Part shown: positions 60,646 to 64,000 of the stretch, piece after piece
Layout of the letters: each line of letters opens with the position of its first letter
Position numbering within the stretch: position 1 is the first letter of the stretch
Origin: Balanoglossus misakiensis
Lineage: Eukaryota; Animalia; Hemichordata
Direction of reading: 5' to 3'
DNA: 64,000 bases
NCBI GenBank assembly: GCA_040954595.2
Contig: CM082577.2
Coordinates: forward strand, 16,499,903 to 16,563,902
Translations under genes and position numbers: made by a program
The notes under the pieces: generated by a model
What the model was told of the DNA's origin: nothing
Seen by the model: only the letters and a program-made list of their open reading frames with translations
Databases searched by the model: none

Positions 60646-61749
60646 GACCCACAAATCACATGGCAAAACTTCGTAAAGCTTCAATAATACTCACTGAAAC
60701 TCCATGCAAACCAGGTGTCCAGGCCATCCCCACAGTTAAGGTACTCCAGCAGGATTGGATCCAAACGCATACACAAATTAAATCTCATATGACGTTGTGA
60801 GTTCCTTTCACTGAATACACACGTGGAGGCTTGCCTTCTGTGATGTAATTGTCTTAAATTAATGTGTATGTGATTCCATACAAATCCATACGATTACCTG
60901 AACGTACATAAATGAAATAAATAAAAATTAATAAATTAAAATAAATAAATACATAAAAGTACATATTATGCATAATATGCATATGATTGAAGCAACAGGT
61001 ACACTACATCATAAGAGAGCAAATATGCCAGCTCAACATTCATATAAACAGTGTAAAAATATTGGTGGCTACAAAAACTTGTGTCCCTTCAATCCATCCG
61101 TAACAAAACCACATGTAAATGGCACACAAAATGAAAGAATAACCTCAATTCTCACCGAACAAATATTCCCAATGCCTCCAACAAAGAGACTGACATCAAT
61201 ATCCTACCAGTATCTTGACTGTGTATCGTACACACTGTAAAAGTACATGAAAAATGATAAATATCTCAATATCTCTGAGTCTATTAAATACATGTACATG
61301 GTACTTATGATCAGGTATTCAAATGTGACATGTACAATAAATTCCAGCGAATGACTCTTGGAAACAAAATGGAGTAAAGTAAAAGCTGCATCATGTTTAC
61401 TGTTCATATATTTCTTTGAAGCTTGTGATAAATCACATAATAAAAAGTGTTGTGAATTGTTAATAACTTATACACCTATGATAAGCTATTAAAATAAATG
61501 AAACAAATCCACTTACATAACTTCATCATGTGATTTTCCTCTAAGACTAAGAGCTCTACCATTATGAATATTATGGTCTTGTGCAACCAGCAGTTTCCAG
61601 GTGGCAAGTATGCAAACCTCTTAGCAGTATACATCAGTACCTGCTACTGTAAAGTTTTGAGTTCCACTGTACTCCTGGAAATAGACACATAAAACTTATC
61701 ATTAACTGCATCTCCACTTTGCCTTGGCTGTACCCAGAAAGTAATAAAA

Positions 61750-63502
61750 ATGAAAACAACCCCCTGAGTGGCAAAAACGTATTCAGAGTCTTGTGTTTTC
61801 TGACAATAGGCAATAAATGTAGTACATAGCATATTCTCCTGAACATGGTGAAATGAATAGTTTTTTTAGAAAAATAGGCCAATCAATTAATTAATTTTTT
61901 TATTATGCCAGCGTTTAAACAAAGTACAACGGATGAAGTTTGATGAACTAATGCATCACATGTGCATGTACACTTTGATTTGATGAAACTATGGATACTA
62001 TCACTAAAGTATCAATGATTAAAGCTTGCAACGTACTTGAAATTGATATAGTATTTTACCTTGTCAATATTCACTTTTTCAGTGCTGCACTCCCCACAAC
62101 CAGCCACTGTTTATCACTGTCTTGAGTTTCTGTCAGTGGTCCATGGTAACATTAACTGATGCCCTGACCATAAGTTAATGACCATGAGTGCTTGTTAACA
62201 ATATTGTGTATGACACCACACGAAAGTCCCTGTGTTTATGGAAAGGAATGACAGCTTGTAGCAAAGTAGTAGTGGGAACTTATAACATCAATTTTTCACC
62301 CTTGCTATTGATTCATTAACATTTTTCAGAAAGTAAGAAGATTTGACTAGAATTCAACACCTATTGAGTACTCAAAAACATTGAACCAGGTTGTAGAAAT
62401 CTGTGAAAACCACTGTAACTGTCTTAAATTACATATAGAAGACCCAATTTTACATCTCTGTTCAATATCTGATTGCTCCTACGAACATATACTTACTGAA
62501 GTGCCAGATTTGAATTTGAATGACAAGGAGGATCGTCAATGGTCACTTCGTTTCATCACCTATGTCATCATCACGACTACCAATGTCATCTATGCTCAAC
62601 CTGCAGATCACAAAGAAAATGTATTGACAATGTTAAAGAAAAATAATGTCTTAGTCACTGAAAATAATAGTGCGTGCAGCAAAAGGCCAAGCAAGTACAA
62701 TTTGTACACAGAGTACGGCAAAGTATGGGAACTAGAAAGTATCTCTTTACTACACTCATGAGTTTGAAAAGTGCGTTGTTTCTATGTGGGCATCCATTAA
62801 TTTTGAACTTTTCATTACGTGAAAAACTAATGTTATTCATTGCAAATCCTACTCAGAAATGCACTTCGAACATGCGACCAATGTCATCATCATAGACAAC
62901 AATTTGAAAACTAGTATACATGATATAAGGCAGGGTATGTATTGTTATTCATGCTGCACTCGCACTCAGGTCAAATCTGTTACATATTAAAATTGCCATG
63001 TGCATACAATAGAGTTAGTCTTTTGTAAATTCACACTGAGAAGAAATGAAACATTATCTGCCACATGTTGGTGAATGGCTGGCGGTGATGTTGTGGGTTG
63101 ATTTTCGAACTATGATTATCGTGGGTACAAATCACCTTTATTTTCTCAGAGACAACACGTTTGCAAGTTCAGGACAGAAAGGTGAAAACGAACATCATTA
63201 GTTCTTGGGTAAGTCCGCTGAATTTCGGTGAGGTCAATGTGCTCTAAAGTCAAACCGTTCCTGGTAAAACAAAGCAATGACGTATAGGTAGGCCATAATT
63301 ACTGTAGAACTTACCGATCAATCAACATGGGTACCAAATCGTTGGATATCCCGGTTTCATCTCGGGGATCATTCCATATTACGATATGGCTGACAATGTA
63401 GACTGTCTTGTGATTATTTATTGCGTTGCGCAGTAAGATTTGTCTCTTCGATGTCGACATACTCGGGCGACAGCGGTCCAGAAGTAAAGACAGCGACGCC
63501 AT
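61750..63502 (-). pseudogene. Highly decayed, intron-containing Kolobok-like transposase remnant
   Basis: First exon MASL...KTVYIVSHIVIWND..DETGISNDLVPMLID|gtaag. The segment 62230-62060 reads IHNIVNKHSW...CYHGPL....KQWL..GSAA, resembling recalled Kolobok transposase motifs. Many stops. Confidence 0.45.
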
Positions 63503-64000
63503 CTTGTTTATATCGTGAAGTATCGACTGCGCATGCCCAATACTTTGCGCGGTTTTTTTTTTTTTTTTTGGGGGGGGGGACAAAGGCGCGCAAGGCGCGC
63601 GGCGGCCGGTATTGAGAAAATGACTTGCAATTGCGTAATTATTTTTTTGTTAAAAAAAGTCAATTGTACATTTAAAAAACTTTCAATGGTCACACTACGG
63701 TAAACATTCTCTGCATACAGGTCTGTGTGTTCCCGGCGTTACAGGCCGTGTAACCTCGGGAATGGACTCGTGTGAAGGGACAGTTCGGTTTGCGTTTTGT
63801 CATTGACGTGGGTGTCAGACTTTTGCTCTTTCTGAGAGAGTACGTTTAAATACCGTAGAAGTTTATCGACTGGACTTTCTGTGCACCGACAGTTGCATTA
63901 TTTGTAGGCGGGCAACACCACTATCGCGCAAACTGTGGATAACTTTTTTCTAGTGCTGTAGTTTGTCTTACGGCCTGGAAAAGCTACTTTTTTCACCATG

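Noticed and set aside
62381-62895. Plus-strand ORFs of 126 and 73 aa
   Set aside because: No recognisable domain; probably antisense to the decayed transposase relic.

Overview
AT-rich, intron-containing animal genomic DNA with no prokaryotic features, rRNA, tRNA or CRISPR. The repeat repertoire (Kolobok, Crypton, DIRS-like, Helentron-type, L2) suggests a marine invertebrate, perhaps a hemichordate or other deuterostome; this is inference only. Three host genes were reconstructed by hand from splice signals. (1) A complete 3-exon CHST11-like Golgi carbohydrate sulfotransferase on + (609-2576). (2) A type II membrane C-type lectin on - (4865-11161) with a premature stop and a phase mismatch, and a Crypton tyrosine-recombinase element in one intron. 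(3) A 138-aa secreted prepropeptide on - (13425-25523) that the ORF track misses. Its Gly/Asn/Trp-rich C-terminal repeat is built from 12 tandem, symmetric phase-1 micro-exons of 15 or 18 nt set among (TACA)n satellites. The rest is mostly nested transposons: an intact-ORF L2-type LINE, a young non-autonomous LTR element, and a decayed DIRS-like YR retrotransposon carrying three younger insertions. There is also a decayed Gypsy element with a PHD finger after integrase and a TatD-fold ORF in the env position, plus many MITEs and Helentron-type elements. All coordinates were counted by eye and family assignments come from recalled motifs, not database searches.
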